Both the position numbers and the translations under genes were made by a program. Below, piece after piece: positions 30,148 to 40,207 of a stretch of DNA of 64,000 nucleotides (within the stretch, counting starts at the first letter, position 1; each line of letters starts with the position of its first letter). Source of the stretch: an uncultured Chloroflexia bacterium (lineage in GTDB: Bacteria; Chloroflexota; Limnocylindria; Limnocylindrales; CSP1-4). The notes under the pieces were generated by a model, which was given only the letters and a program-made list of their open reading frames with translations, was not told the DNA's origin and did no database searches. Where the stretch lies: assembly GCA_963712745.1 (NCBI GenBank), contig CAVQJC010000001.1:160001-224000 (forward strand), given 5' to 3'.

Positions 30148-30543
30148 TTACCAGGGTCGCGACCGCTTGACGCATTCACGGAAGAAGGCCAGCAGCGGAG
30201 CTGCTGGCTCGCCAACCTGCTCCGTCAGTGTGGCATCCAGGGTCTTGATGGTGACGATGACGATGCGGGCACTCGCGGGCGTCGTCTCGATCCTCAGGGA
30301 ACACCCCGAGATCTCTTGCCAAGGCGTCAGTTGGGCACCGTACCGCTGCGTCTCGTCGATCGACACGACGAACACGCCGAACGCGGTCGTGACGTACACC
30401 ACCATGTTCGGCTCGTCGAAGTAGACGAACTTGTCCTTGAGCTCTGCCTCTTGCAGGTAGACTCGAGTGCGCTCGATGAGCTTTCCGGCAGGGCCCGCGT
30501 CAGGTCCCTCACCGAACTGCCTGGAGTAGCCGGACAGGTTCAT
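30148..30543 (-). CDS. Hypothetical protein (131 aa)
   Basis: GGGAG RBS, protein-like composition, no recognised motif. Confidence 0.55.
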   Translation of the reverse strand: MNLSGYSRQFGEGPDAGPAGKLIERTRVYLQEAELKDKFVYFDEPNMVVYVTTAFGVFVVSIDETQRYGAQLTPWQEISGCSLRIETTPASARIVIVTIKTLDATLTEQVGEPAAPLLAFFRECVKRSRPW

Positions 30544-30741
30544 CGTCTACTCCCATACGCTCAGGCTTGATCGCCAGAGGCTGAGCTGAAGATACCAGAC
30601 GGGGCGGGCACCTCCGGCAGGCTCGCGACCCAGCCTCGACGTGCCGCTGGCCCGAGCCAGCCACAGCCGACTCTGCGATTTCAGTGCAGCATTGACACGT
30701 ACGCGTCCGACCCGAGTGGCGCGTCGAAAGGGACCACACCT

Positions 30742-31725
30742 GTGCTATTGATCCTCTTCATCGTCATCGGCCTCGTGCTCATCGTGGCCGCCGGCGTCAT
30801 CATCGCTCAGTCGGTGTCGGACTACGGCGATGACTTCACGGTCGGCAAGGGCGCCGCGGCCGGTGCGCTCATCCTCGGCGGTCTGGCGCTCATCGTCGTC
30901 GGCTTCGGCTGGCGTGAGATCGGCGCGGGCCAGGTCGGCGTGAAGACACGCTTCGGCGCTGTCCAGGAGGGCACGCTCCTGCCCGGCCTGCATTGGATCA
31001 TCCCCGCAGTCGATGGCATCACCGTCTTCGACGGCCGTGTCCAGGCCTACAACTTCGAGGAGATCGAGAGCGTCACCCGCGACCTCCAGTCGGTCCAGCT
31101 CTCCGGTCTCATCAACTTCCGTATCGACAGCGCGAAGGCGGACCGCATCCTCCAGGAGGTCGGCCAGCCGGATGACTACGCGGAGAAGGTCTTCCTGCGG
31201 CCCTCGAACACGGCGCTCAAGGAGATCACGCCCGAGTACGACGCCTTCAACGTCATCAGCAAGCGAGACGAGATCGGCCAGCGGACGCTGGCGAACCTGC
31301 GCGAGCGGATGGAGGACTTCAACATCATCGTCGAGCGCGTGTCGGTCGAGAACATCCGCCTCAACGAACAGTTCCTGACGTCGGTGGAGGCCAAGCAGAT
31401 CGCCGAACAGGATCTGGCCAGGGCCTTCTTCGAGGCCGACCGCGACGTGCGCCTGGCCGAGGGCTCACGAGATGCGCGCATCACACGTGCCGAGGGTGAG
31501 GCGCAGGCGAACGACCTCATCAACTCCTCGCTGAGCGAGCAGCTACTGCAGTGGACTTACATCCAGCGGCTGGCAGACAACGTACAGCTGATGCTCGTGC
31601 CGTCCGACCAGGGGCTGATCTTCGACCTTGGCGCGATCACCGAGACCGGGGGGTCGAGCGAGGCACCGCAAGCGCTGCCGGAGGCGCTGCCCGAGGCGGT
31701 CGAGCCGAGCGACGAAACGCAGTGA
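30742..31725 (+). CDS. SPFH/prohibitin (band 7) membrane protein
   Basis: N-terminal TM helices, GQVGVKTRFG, PGLHWIIP, TRDLQSV, VEAKQIAEQ, AEGEAQAN. Confidence 0.92.
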   Translation: MLLILFIVIGLVLIVAAGVIIAQSVSDYGDDFTVGKGAAAGALILGGLALIVVGFGWREIGAGQVGVKTRFGAVQEGTLLPGLHWIIPAVDGITVFDGRVQAYNFEEIESVTRDLQSVQLSGLINFRIDSAKADRILQEVGQPDDYAEKVFLRPSNTALKEITPEYDAFNVISKRDEIGQRTLANLRERMEDFNIIVERVSVENIRLNEQFLTSVEAKQIAEQDLARAFFEADRDVRLAEGSRDARITRAEGEAQANDLINSSLSEQLLQWTYIQRLADNVQLMLVPSDQGLIFDLGAITETGGSSEAPQALPEALPEAVEPSDETQ

Positions 31726-32196
31726 CCTCCTGACCACGCAGCCACCCTGGCGACGCGCGGCGTGGTCGCCCTACGCAGCGCCGCCTTCCTTGGGCGCGAC
31801 GTTACCGGGTCGGCCGGGTCCGACTCCTGGTCCGTGCCGGGTTCACTGCCGGTCTCCTCGGTGTCGCTGCCCTCCGAGGAACCACCTGACCCTCCCGCGA
31901 GCGGGTCGTTCAGGTCGCCGGTCGGAGACTGCTCGGGCTCGCCACCACCCTCATCCAGCCCCAGGCCCGCCAAGGCGTCCATGCCGATGCCCGATCCTTC
32001 CTCATCTTCGGTGGCCCCGGCGGGCACCGCCGACGCGACCATGAGCCCGGGACAGCAGCCCGAGCACGCGCAGCCCAAGGTCTCGACGGACCCTGGCACT
32101 AGTGCAGCCGTTGGCGATGTCGACACGATGTCGTCATCGCGTGGCTTGCGAGGGCCGCAGCTGGTCGCCTAGGCGCGCCTGTCGCAGAATGGCCGA

Positions 32197-32607
32197 GTGA
32201 AACGCGAAGCGCCGTCCGCAGAAGCCGACGAACGATCAGGGCGCCCCTCCTGGCGTTCCCTGCCCCGTCGTGCCCTGGGCTTCCGTGTCGCTCACATCGC
32301 CTGGGGCGTCATCGAACTCGGAGCCCTGACCCATGTATGGGGCAGCGCTCTGCTGCGACGTCGAGACCGCTACCTGTGGGCCTCGATGCTGCTGTTGCTG
32401 TTACAGGGCGCAGCACTCGTGGTGGGTCGAGGCAACTGCCCGTTCGGACCCGTCCAGCGGCAGCTGGGCGATCCCGTGCCGATGTTCGAGCTGGCCCTGC
32501 CCCCGCGAGCAGCCAAAGCCGCGATCCCCGTCCTCTTCGTGGTCGCGGTGGCTGGGATCATCGCCGCGATCGTGCGATCCCCGGCGCGACCGTCCTCGCT
32601 GAGCTGA
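32197..32607 (+). CDS. Small membrane protein (DUF2784-like)
   Basis: Hydrophobic helices with the GNCPFGPVQRQLGD motif. Confidence 0.6.
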   Translation: MKREAPSAEADERSGRPSWRSLPRRALGFRVAHIAWGVIELGALTHVWGSALLRRRDRYLWASMLLLLLQGAALVVGRGNCPFGPVQRQLGDPVPMFELALPPRAAKAAIPVLFVVAVAGIIAAIVRSPARPSSLS

Positions 32608-32634
32608 CCGAGGGTCCCGGACGCTCCCCTGGCG

Positions 32635-33633
32635 CTACGGTGCGACGCGACCTGTTCGCGCCTGCATCACGGGCGCGATCTGCACCAGGACCACGCCGCC
32701 CATGGCCAGCACGATCCCGACGATCTGTGCGATATCGAGGCCTTCACCGAGCACGACCCACCCGAGCAGTGCGATCTGCACGATGGTCAGGTCGCCGAGG
32801 ACGCTCGACTCTACGGCTCGGAGCGAGCGCTGCGACTGGGCCCAGAGCGTGTAGGTCAAGGCGGTGTTGACCACAGCCAGCCAGACGATGAGCAGCCAGG
32901 CGGTGGGGCTGAACGTGGGCACGCCCTCGACCAGCAGCGCGAGCACCAGGGTCATGGCCGCGCCGAAGAGCATGGCGATGGCGGTCATGCTCGCCGGTCC
33001 TCCGTAACTGCTCGAGTCCACCGCGACACGGCGACCGAGGACCGCGGCTCCACCCACCACGATCGGGATGGACACGGCCGCGAGCAGTCCGGGCGTGGCA
33101 CCGCCGGAGGGTGCCTCCAGCCCGAAGTAGACGAGGATCCCCGCGATCAGGACGGCGATGCCGCCGAGCTGGAGCGGGCTTGCGCGCTCGCGCCTGCTGC
33201 GCAGCGCCACCGCTGCGGTGACCACGGGGGCCAGGCCCATGAAGAGGCCGACCGTCGAGGCCTCCAGCTGCCCGAGCGCCACGTAGAAGCCCACTTGGGC
33301 GAGGCCGAAGAGCAACAGGCCGTAGATGGCCACGCCGGACAGCCACCGACGGCTTCCGTGCCAGGTAGGAGCAGCCCGGATCCCTGGCAGTGCGAGGGGC
33401 AGCAGCAGCATCGCCGCCACTGCGAACCGTGTGCCCGCGAAACCGATGGGCTGGATGTCCTCGTCACTCACGCCGATGCGGATCAGCACCACCGACGTCG
33501 CCCACAGGAAGGTGACGACGACGCCGATGGTGACAGCCACTCGTCGACTCGAAGCCGGCCTGTCCAGCCATCGACCGGGCAGGTCCGCCCGTTGCTCCGT
33601 CATGCGGCTCCACGGTAGCCGACGCGCGTTCAC
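32635..33633 (-). CDS. DMT/EamA-family transporter
   Basis: FLWATS, RFAVA, about 10 TM helices, LGWVVLGE. Confidence 0.9.
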   Translation of the reverse strand: MNARRLPWSRMTEQRADLPGRWLDRPASSRRVAVTIGVVVTFLWATSVVLIRIGVSDEDIQPIGFAGTRFAVAAMLLLPLALPGIRAAPTWHGSRRWLSGVAIYGLLLFGLAQVGFYVALGQLEASTVGLFMGLAPVVTAAVALRSRRERASPLQLGGIAVLIAGILVYFGLEAPSGGATPGLLAAVSIPIVVGGAAVLGRRVAVDSSSYGGPASMTAIAMLFGAAMTLVLALLVEGVPTFSPTAWLLIVWLAVVNTALTYTLWAQSQRSLRAVESSVLGDLTIVQIALLGWVVLGEGLDIAQIVGIVLAMGGVVLVQIAPVMQARTGRVAP

Positions 33634-33729
33634 TCATGGCCAGCAGATGCGAGGGTCGTCCGCTCAGCGTCAGTCAGATCGGATCGGGCCGTCGCGACAC
33701 CGTCGACCGGCACATGGCCGACGACACGG

Positions 33730-34761
33730 TCAGCTGGGCCGATAGCCCAGACCGTCGGCCAGGGCCAGACGCTCGCTGACCGTGCCGATGCCGTCCGACG
33801 TGTGCGCATCTCGGATGCACGCTGCGGCCGCAGCGGCGCCAAGTCGGAGGCAGGCCTCCACGGACCAGCTCTCGTGCAGCCCGTAGATGACGCCCGCAGC
33901 GAACGCGTCGCCGGCGCCAGTCGTGCTGATGACCTGATCCGGGGCCAGGCGTACGGAACCTTGCCGCCACACCTGCCCATCCGGCATCGCCGCAACGGCG
34001 CCGGCGGGGAAGTGCACGACCGCGAGCGAGGAGACACCACGCTCGATCAGCCCGCGCGCCAGCTCTTCCATGGCCGCCCAATCCACCGGCGCATCCGCGT
34101 CCGGCGCTGACGCACGGATGCCGGTCAGGGCACTGGCCTCCAGCTCGTTGATGATGACCGAATCGAGGTACGGCAGGCACGGGCCGACCACTCGCTCCAG
34201 GCGCTCCGGCGCCAGCGTGGCGAGCTCGAGATTGGCGTGTATGCCCGCCGCCCGAGCAGCCGCCAGCAGCCGCGACCATCCGCTGGAACCGTCCGATTCG
34301 GTCTGCTCCATGAGCGGATGGAAGCCAAGATTGCCGACATGCAGGATGCGCGCCTCGAACTCCACGAGCGCGCTGGGCTCGACTTCGAGCAGGCCGTTCG
34401 TTCCGAGGTAGGTGAAGAACGTGCGCCGGCCACCTTCGCGCTCCACCATCACGTCCGTGAAGGCGGTGGTGGCCCCGTCGCGGACCCTGACTCGCCCGGT
34501 CTCGATGGCATCGCCGGCGCAGGCCTCCAGGATGAATGCGCCGTCGGCATCATCAGCAACACACCCAAGGAGCTCGACCGGGAATGCCGCCCCGAGTCGC
34601 CGCAGGTCCCGTGACAGGTTGAGTGCAGCGCCGCCCGTGCTCCGGGAGATGTCCTCGATCGTGGCGAGGGCGTCGATGGGCGGGTAGGCGTCAATGGTCT
34701 TGCCGTAGTCGACGAGCGCCGATCCGATGCAGAGGACCCCGCTCCGCTCCGCGCCAGTCAT
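33730..34761 (-). CDS. PfkB-family carbohydrate kinase
   Basis: TGGAALN, INELEA, STTGAGDAFAAG. Confidence 0.92.
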   Translation of the reverse strand: MTGAERSGVLCIGSALVDYGKTIDAYPPIDALATIEDISRSTGGAALNLSRDLRRLGAAFPVELLGCVADDADGAFILEACAGDAIETGRVRVRDGATTAFTDVMVEREGGRRTFFTYLGTNGLLEVEPSALVEFEARILHVGNLGFHPLMEQTESDGSSGWSRLLAAARAAGIHANLELATLAPERLERVVGPCLPYLDSVIINELEASALTGIRASAPDADAPVDWAAMEELARGLIERGVSSLAVVHFPAGAVAAMPDGQVWRQGSVRLAPDQVISTTGAGDAFAAGVIYGLHESWSVEACLRLGAAAAAACIRDAHTSDGIGTVSERLALADGLGYRPS

Positions 34762-35762
34762 TCGGAACGCAGCACCGGGTCTGTCAGCTCCAGGTCCTCG
34801 TCAAGGGTCCGGCGCGGTCGCACATCTGCCCGCGCGAGGGCCTCGTGGTACGCCCGCACTGCGTCTGCCGAGCTCAGCTCGCCGCGCAGCACCGGGCGTA
34901 GCAGGTCGACCAGGTCGAGCTGGGATTCCGCATGCTGGATCTTGCGGCCGAAGAGCGCCACCCGAGCGCCGTGCTCATGCGCTCGATGCAGCAGCTCGAA
35001 GGTGTCACGGGTGGTGCCCACGGCACCGCCGTAGACCCCGACGACCAGCGACGGATCGTGCTCGGTGAGCTCCAGCAAGGCATCCGCACCGTTGTAGCCC
35101 AGCTTGAGGAAGACCGGTCGTTGCGCCTGCGTGACTCCGGCGAGCGCTCGCACGATCGAGTCATTGACGAACGAGGCCATCTGCTCCGGCTCCAGGCGGC
35201 TCGGCGCATTGGGATTGAACACCTCCAGGAAGTGGCGCATGCCGATCGATGCGGCCTCGCGGCGGAACGCGGCGTACGCCTCCAGCGAGACCAGGTCCGC
35301 CTCGAGGTCATTGTTGAAGGTGATGGAGTACAGGACCAAGTCGCAGAACGGCCGGATGGCGGCCAGGTCCACGGTCCGGAACGGGCGGGACGGCATGGAC
35401 GCGTATCCGGCTCCGCGCCCGACCCACACGTCGCTGGTGTCATTGGCGCGGATGGCCAGGGTGATGTCCGCCGGCAGGGAGCCATCGGCCGCGAGGCGCT
35501 CGCCGTTGGGGGCCGAGGTCAGCAGGATGTCGATGACGCCGCGATCGGCCTGGGCGCGCATGTCCTCGAGGTACCGCGCCCGGGTCCGGGAGCGACCCGG
35601 GCCGAGCACTCCATCGGGCGCCTCGTCGACGGGCCCAGCGGCAGTGAGCCCGAAGCCCATGTCCGCGTCCTTGGCGTCTGCGATCACGAAATCGTCCGGC
35701 GTGTATCGCCCCTCCGCCATGGCACGGAGCTTGCGGTCAAGTCTGCGGTCGAGTTCGATCAC
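34758..35762 (-). CDS. Putative class I aldolase-like TIM-barrel protein
   Basis: IADAKDADMGFG, HFLEVFNPN, VFLKLGYNG (candidate Schiff-base Lys), GARVALFGRKI. Coupled to pfkB. Confidence 0.6.
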   Translation of the reverse strand: MIELDRRLDRKLRAMAEGRYTPDDFVIADAKDADMGFGLTAAGPVDEAPDGVLGPGRSRTRARYLEDMRAQADRGVIDILLTSAPNGERLAADGSLPADITLAIRANDTSDVWVGRGAGYASMPSRPFRTVDLAAIRPFCDLVLYSITFNNDLEADLVSLEAYAAFRREAASIGMRHFLEVFNPNAPSRLEPEQMASFVNDSIVRALAGVTQAQRPVFLKLGYNGADALLELTEHDPSLVVGVYGGAVGTTRDTFELLHRAHEHGARVALFGRKIQHAESQLDLVDLLRPVLRGELSSADAVRAYHEALARADVRPRRTLDEDLELTDPVLRSE

Positions 35763-35920
35763 GCTTTGGCTCCGGGGCAGCTGTTCGGTGGCAGGGTCGA
35801 TGAGAGCGGTAGCGCAACGCGCGGATCTCACCGGTCGTCATCTCGACCGGACCCTGCTAGCGAAGCTGACCTCGCGACGTGCACGCGATCCCTGGCCCAG
35901 GCAGCGTCGTCAAGCCAGCA

Positions 35921-35950
35921 CCACGGCCAATCGGTTGACAGCCGCCCGCT
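35921..35950 (+). repeat. Short degenerate tRNA-Asn anticodon-arm (att-like) site
   Basis: CCACGGCCAATCGGTTGACAGCCGCCCGCT matches the tRNA antisense at about 26/30. Confidence 0.8.
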
Positions 35951-36090
35951 GCGCCAGCAGCGCCAGCAGGTCTCGCTCGGCACCAGGATGCTGTCTGCGA
36001 GGCTGGCTCGCCGAGCCAGGTCCGGTCCTGATGGCCCTTGTGCCTCACGGTCGCCGGGTGCAGCGTGTGCTCCGCAGCACGGGGTAAGGC

Positions 36091-37608
36091 GTGATGAAGC
36101 TACAGTTCGTGGGAGCGGCCACCACGGTCACCGGCTCCCAGTTCCTCCTCACCACCGACCAGGCTCGAGTGCTCGTCGACTGCGGTATGTTCCAAGGCCT
36201 GCCCTCGGACGTGGAGCGTAACCGCGCGGCCCTCCCCTACGACCCTGCCTCGTTGGACGCGGTGCTCCTCACGCATGCCCACCTGGACCACTGCGGCTAC
36301 CTGCCGGTGGTCGTGCGGGACGGATTCGATGGTCCCGTCGTCCTCACCTCCGCAACCGCCGACCTGACGATGCTGATCCTGACCGACAGCGCGAAGATCC
36401 AGCTGGAGCGGGCCCGCCGTCGCGATCGCCGCAAGCACCACCGCTCGCATGACGCTGACGCGCGTCCCGATCAGAGGGGCGAGCGCCAACAGGACGAGGA
36501 GGCACTTCTGCGGGCACAGCCCCCTGAAGTCAGGTTGCGCGACGACGAGCCGCTCTACGACCTCGGCGACGTCCTCGAAGCGTCGCAGCGATTCCGGACG
36601 GTCCGCTACGGCGAGCCGAGAGCAGTGGCACCCGGCGTCACAGCCACGTTCGAAGATGCCGGCCACATCCTCGGCTCGGCCATCATCGTGCTCGAGGTCG
36701 AGGAGGCCGGGCGCTCGTGGCGGCTCGTGTTCTCGGGGGATCTGGGACGCCCCGGCACGCCCATCATCGAGGATCCGACGCCCATCACCGCCGGCGCCGA
36801 CTTCGTCATCACCGAATCGACGTATGGGGGACGCCACCACGAGCCGGCCGCCGAGGCGGTCGAGCAACTGGCCGATGCGGTGCGGGAGACCGTCGATGGT
36901 CACGGAGTGCTACTCATCCCCTCCTTCGCGGTGGGCCGGACCCAGGAGATCGTGTGGCACCTGGACCGCCTGCTGAGCGCCGGCGAGATCCCACACGTGC
37001 CGCTCTACCTCGACTCGCCGATGGCGTCGCTCGCGAGTGACATCTACCGCAAGCATCCGGGCTACTACGATGAGGAGACGCGCCACCTGCTGGAGACCGG
37101 GGAGACGCCGCTCGACTACCCCGGTGCGGTCGTCGCGGACACCGCCCGCCGCTCACGTGCCATCGCCACGGCGCCACGGCCGATGATCATCGTGGCCTCC
37201 AGCGGCATGCTCACCGGCGGGCGCGTACTCAACCACCTCGCCGACCTCGTCGATGACCCGGCCATGACGCTGCTCTTCGTGGGCTACCAGGGTCAGGGCA
37301 CGCTGGGCGCGCACATCCAGGGCGGTGCCCGAGCGGTGAAGCTCGATGGCGCCCAGCGGGAGGTCCACTGCCGCATCCGCACCATCGACGGGTTCTCCGC
37401 GCATGCAGACGAGACGGAGCTGCTCGACTGGCTGGCCCACTTCGCTCGCGCCGAGCGGAAGCCGCAGCGGGTCTTCCTCGTGCACGGCGACCCGGAGGCA
37501 TCGGCAGCGCTGGAGCCCAAGGTCCGGGCGCTTGGCCTCGAGACCTATCGACCGGGCTGGCGAGAGGAAGTGGTCCTGAGCGAACCACCGCGGGAGGCCG
37601 ACGGCTGA
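36091..37608 (+). CDS. MBL-fold beta-CASP ribonuclease
   Basis: GAATTVTGS, VDCGMFQG, THAHLDHCG, AGHILGS, FSGDLG, ESTYG, FAVGRTQE, FSAHAD, VHGD. Confidence 0.95.
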   Translation: MMKLQFVGAATTVTGSQFLLTTDQARVLVDCGMFQGLPSDVERNRAALPYDPASLDAVLLTHAHLDHCGYLPVVVRDGFDGPVVLTSATADLTMLILTDSAKIQLERARRRDRRKHHRSHDADARPDQRGERQQDEEALLRAQPPEVRLRDDEPLYDLGDVLEASQRFRTVRYGEPRAVAPGVTATFEDAGHILGSAIIVLEVEEAGRSWRLVFSGDLGRPGTPIIEDPTPITAGADFVITESTYGGRHHEPAAEAVEQLADAVRETVDGHGVLLIPSFAVGRTQEIVWHLDRLLSAGEIPHVPLYLDSPMASLASDIYRKHPGYYDEETRHLLETGETPLDYPGAVVADTARRSRAIATAPRPMIIVASSGMLTGGRVLNHLADLVDDPAMTLLFVGYQGQGTLGAHIQGGARAVKLDGAQREVHCRIRTIDGFSAHADETELLDWLAHFARAERKPQRVFLVHGDPEASAALEPKVRALGLETYRPGWREEVVLSEPPREADG

Positions 37609-37642
37609 GCGGCTGCTGGTCGTAGCTCTGGTGGCCCGGGTG

Positions 37643-38422
37643 TCAGGGAGCGGTGGGTCGTCCCCCGTGGGAGGCGATGAAGCGTCGCACGGCCGACCAT
37701 GCATCCGTCGCAGCCTCGGCGTGGTCTGCCTGGGCGCGGTCGAAGAACGAATGCGGCGCGTTCTCATACGTTCGGATGTCGTGCTCGACCGACGCGGCTG
37801 CGAGCGCCTTCCTGAACGACTCCACATCGGTCGCAGGGATCTTCTGGTCCGCTCCGCCGAAGATGCGGAGCACCGGCGACTCCAACTTGCCCGCGACCGC
37901 AGCCGGCGCGGGTGTGTCATTGAGGAACGGGCCCACCGGCCAGCCGTAGAACCCGATGACGCCGGCCATCCGCAGCGCTGGCAGCGAGCCCAGCAGGAAT
38001 GACACGCGACCGCCGAAGCAGAAGCCGATGGAGAAGAGGGACTCGACGTGTCGGCGCATCCTCAGATGAGCGGCCGCGGCCGTGACGTCGGCCTGCAGCT
38101 CCGTCCACTTCGTCTGGCCAGCGAGTCGCTGAGGCTCGAACGAGGCGTCGCGTGGCGGTGGCCCGGCGATGCGGTCGTAGTAGTCGATGGCCACGGCATC
38201 GATGCCGTCCTCCGCGAAGCGCAGCGCCAGCTCGCGGTAGAAGCCGGTGAGCCCGTTGTAGTCGGGCAGCACGATGATGCCGATGCCTGTGGGTCGGGCT
38301 GCGTCGGCCTGATAGGCGGTACAGCGGCTACCGTCCTCGACGATGAGGCCGATCTCGTGACCGCTGGCCGAGCTGTGGGCGGCAGGGTCGATCGGAGGGT
38401 GGCTGTCAGGATCCGAGCACAT
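37643..38422 (-). CDS. Dienelactone hydrolase family protein
   Basis: MCSDPDSHPP start, IGFCFGG, FYG, YENAPHSFFD. Confidence 0.92.
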   Translation of the reverse strand: MCSDPDSHPPIDPAAHSSASGHEIGLIVEDGSRCTAYQADAARPTGIGIIVLPDYNGLTGFYRELALRFAEDGIDAVAIDYYDRIAGPPPRDASFEPQRLAGQTKWTELQADVTAAAAHLRMRRHVESLFSIGFCFGGRVSFLLGSLPALRMAGVIGFYGWPVGPFLNDTPAPAAVAGKLESPVLRIFGGADQKIPATDVESFRKALAAASVEHDIRTYENAPHSFFDRAQADHAEAATDAWSAVRRFIASHGGRPTAP

Positions 38423-38539
38423 CGTTGGGGTCTCCTGTCGCTAGGACACCACGCTATCAGCGCGCGCCAGAGGCCGGCTGACGGCAGCCACGCACCGGGA
38501 CCTCGTTCGCTGATCGACGAGCACGGCGCCGCTGGCTAA

Positions 38540-38595
38540 AACCTACGACCAATCGGTTAACAGCGTCCACGCTCGCGACCACATGGCTAGCAGCC
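38540..38595 (+). repeat. Tandem att-like sites: a perfect 25-nt tRNA-Asn fragment plus a degenerate copy
   Basis: 38540-38564 AACCTACGACCAATCGGTTAACAGC is identical to 58369-58393. 38576-38595 is CGACCACATGGCTAGCAGCC. Confidence 0.85.
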
Positions 38596-38695
38596 CAAGC
38601 GCTCGCGGGACGTCTCCACGTTAGTCACCGGATACCACGCCCGCGTTTGGCAATGCATCCGCTCTGAGTCCGTGCCATCGCCACACGGTGACGAG

Positions 38696-39409
38696 CTACC
38701 GTGTGGACAGGCGGCCCAGTGCAACCCGGCCATCGGCTGCAGCGGGGATCCCCACCCATGCTTCGTGGCCTGGATCTGTCAGGACGGACTGCCTGCGCAA
38801 GTAGCCGCGCTCGCGGGAGGTCAGCTCTTCACGCATGGACCCGGGGTCGGGTACCAACACCAGCAGCCGCGCGAGATCACGGTGGTCTCGAGTCGTCCGC
38901 GACGGTGAGGTGGCGGCACGGGCCTTCATCACGATAGCCCCCGCGAGCGACGGGACCGGCACTTCGAACGTGATGTTTTTGGCAGAGACAGTCACGGTCC
39001 GTTTCCGCTGGAGGGCTTGTCTGCCGCCGGGGGCCTCGATCGTCTCGCCGGGTGGAACCGTGACGATGTCTGCTCGTTCGCCGAGATGGTCGGGCGCCAT
39101 CACATCAACGCTGTCCGAGCCACGTACGAACCGGTAGGTGGCCTCCGTCTCTCTGCTCGGCTCGTACCCCACCTCGACCAAACGCTGCGCCGCGACGCGC
39201 GGAGAACTGAAGACCCCGTTGACGCCCACGACGATGTCGACGTCGGTGGTAGTCCTGCCTACGATCCCGCCGAACTCGGCCTCGAGAACAGCGACCATCT
39301 GACCGCCGACGAGCACCCAGTCGACGTCCGCCAGAAGTCCGCACACCTCAGCGGTGGCTGCCCACAGGCGCTCGTCCTGGTCGGTCAGGACCGGGACCGA
39401 GATGCTCAG
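38696..39409 (-). CDS. Nucleotidyltransferase-fold putative toxin (AbiEii/MenT-like); start uncertain
   Basis: WVLVGGQMV, RTTTDVDIV, MKARA, RDHRDL motifs. Coupled to the upstream HTH gene. Confidence 0.7.
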   Translation of the reverse strand: MSISVPVLTDQDERLWAATAEVCGLLADVDWVLVGGQMVAVLEAEFGGIVGRTTTDVDIVVGVNGVFSSPRVAAQRLVEVGYEPSRETEATYRFVRGSDSVDVMAPDHLGERADIVTVPPGETIEAPGGRQALQRKRTVTVSAKNITFEVPVPSLAGAIVMKARAATSPSRTTRDHRDLARLLVLVPDPGSMREELTSRERGYLRRQSVLTDPGHEAWVGIPAAADGRVALGRLSTR

Positions 39410-40089
39410 TGCTCGTACTCCGACAGGACCGCCTCACCGACCGATCGAGCCCTCGGGTCGCGATCGCTCGCGAGGTCTAGTGCGACTGCCGATCGCGGGG
39501 CGATGGGCCGGGCCTTCCACTGATGGCCCAGGTCGGGAAGTTGGCGGAGGACTGCATTCCCCTCGCGGCTTGGCTCGAGTGCGTATTTGCCGACAAGGTC
39601 ACGGATCCTCTCGGCCGAGGCATACGCGTCGAGTCGATCGGGATCCGTGAGGCCCATGGACAACTGCGCGGCAGCAGACCCCCCTGAGAGCATCAGGTCT
39701 GGCTCTCGTGCCAGCCGGGCGATATCGGACGGATGGGCTCGGTACCTGTGAGGTTGACCGCGCGTATCCAGGCGTGATGACAGCTCGTTGATCGACCGAC
39801 GCTTCAGGTGCGAGCGCAGTTTGCTGACGCTGACGTTGTCGAGCCACGGCGCGCCGAGGCCATCCGCTAGGAATAGCAGGCCCCAAGCACGCGCAGGTGA
39901 AAAGTGTCTTCCGCTCTTGACCCTGCTTCGGGCACGGTCCTCCAGGGAGGCGACGTCCACGACCCAACTGTTGCCGATCCGCTGAGCTCCAAGCCTTCCG
40001 TCAGCTATCAGCATGAGGACCCGTCGATGAGTCAGACCGAGCCTCTCGGCCGCGTCTGAAACACTGATGACGCGCTGCTTGTTTGCCAT
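39406..40089 (-). CDS. Excisionase-like HTH protein with AbiEi-like C-terminus (putative antitoxin)
   Basis: ISVSDAAERLGLTHRRV..GRLGAQRIGNSWVVD, SGGSAA, AVALDLASDRDPRAR. Confidence 0.72.
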   Translation of the reverse strand: MANKQRVISVSDAAERLGLTHRRVLMLIADGRLGAQRIGNSWVVDVASLEDRARSRVKSGRHFSPARAWGLLFLADGLGAPWLDNVSVSKLRSHLKRRSINELSSRLDTRGQPHRYRAHPSDIARLAREPDLMLSGGSAAAQLSMGLTDPDRLDAYASAERIRDLVGKYALEPSREGNAVLRQLPDLGHQWKARPIAPRSAVALDLASDRDPRARSVGEAVLSEYEH

Positions 40090-40093
40090 GTCA

Positions 40094-40145
40094 ATTGCCT
40101 CAACCATTCCTATAAGAGAATAGTTGTGGCAATCATGGGTGTCAA
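40094..40145 (-). promoter_or_regulatory. Promoter TTGACA-N17-TATTCT overlapped by a 40-bp imperfect inverted repeat
   Basis: ATTGCCTCAACCATTCCTATAAGAGAATAGTTGTGGCAAT at 40094-40133. -35 at 40140-40145 on the minus strand. Confidence 0.7.
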
Positions 40146-40207
40146 GGCTCGGGACGGGCGTTCGACCGTATCGCACCTCTTGACACTTGCGAGATCGTTC
40201 GATCGCA

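Noticed and set aside
31557-32172. Low-complexity ORFs on both strands
   Set aside because: No motif or clear start, and the minus-strand ORF overlaps the SPFH gene end. At best a gene fragment.
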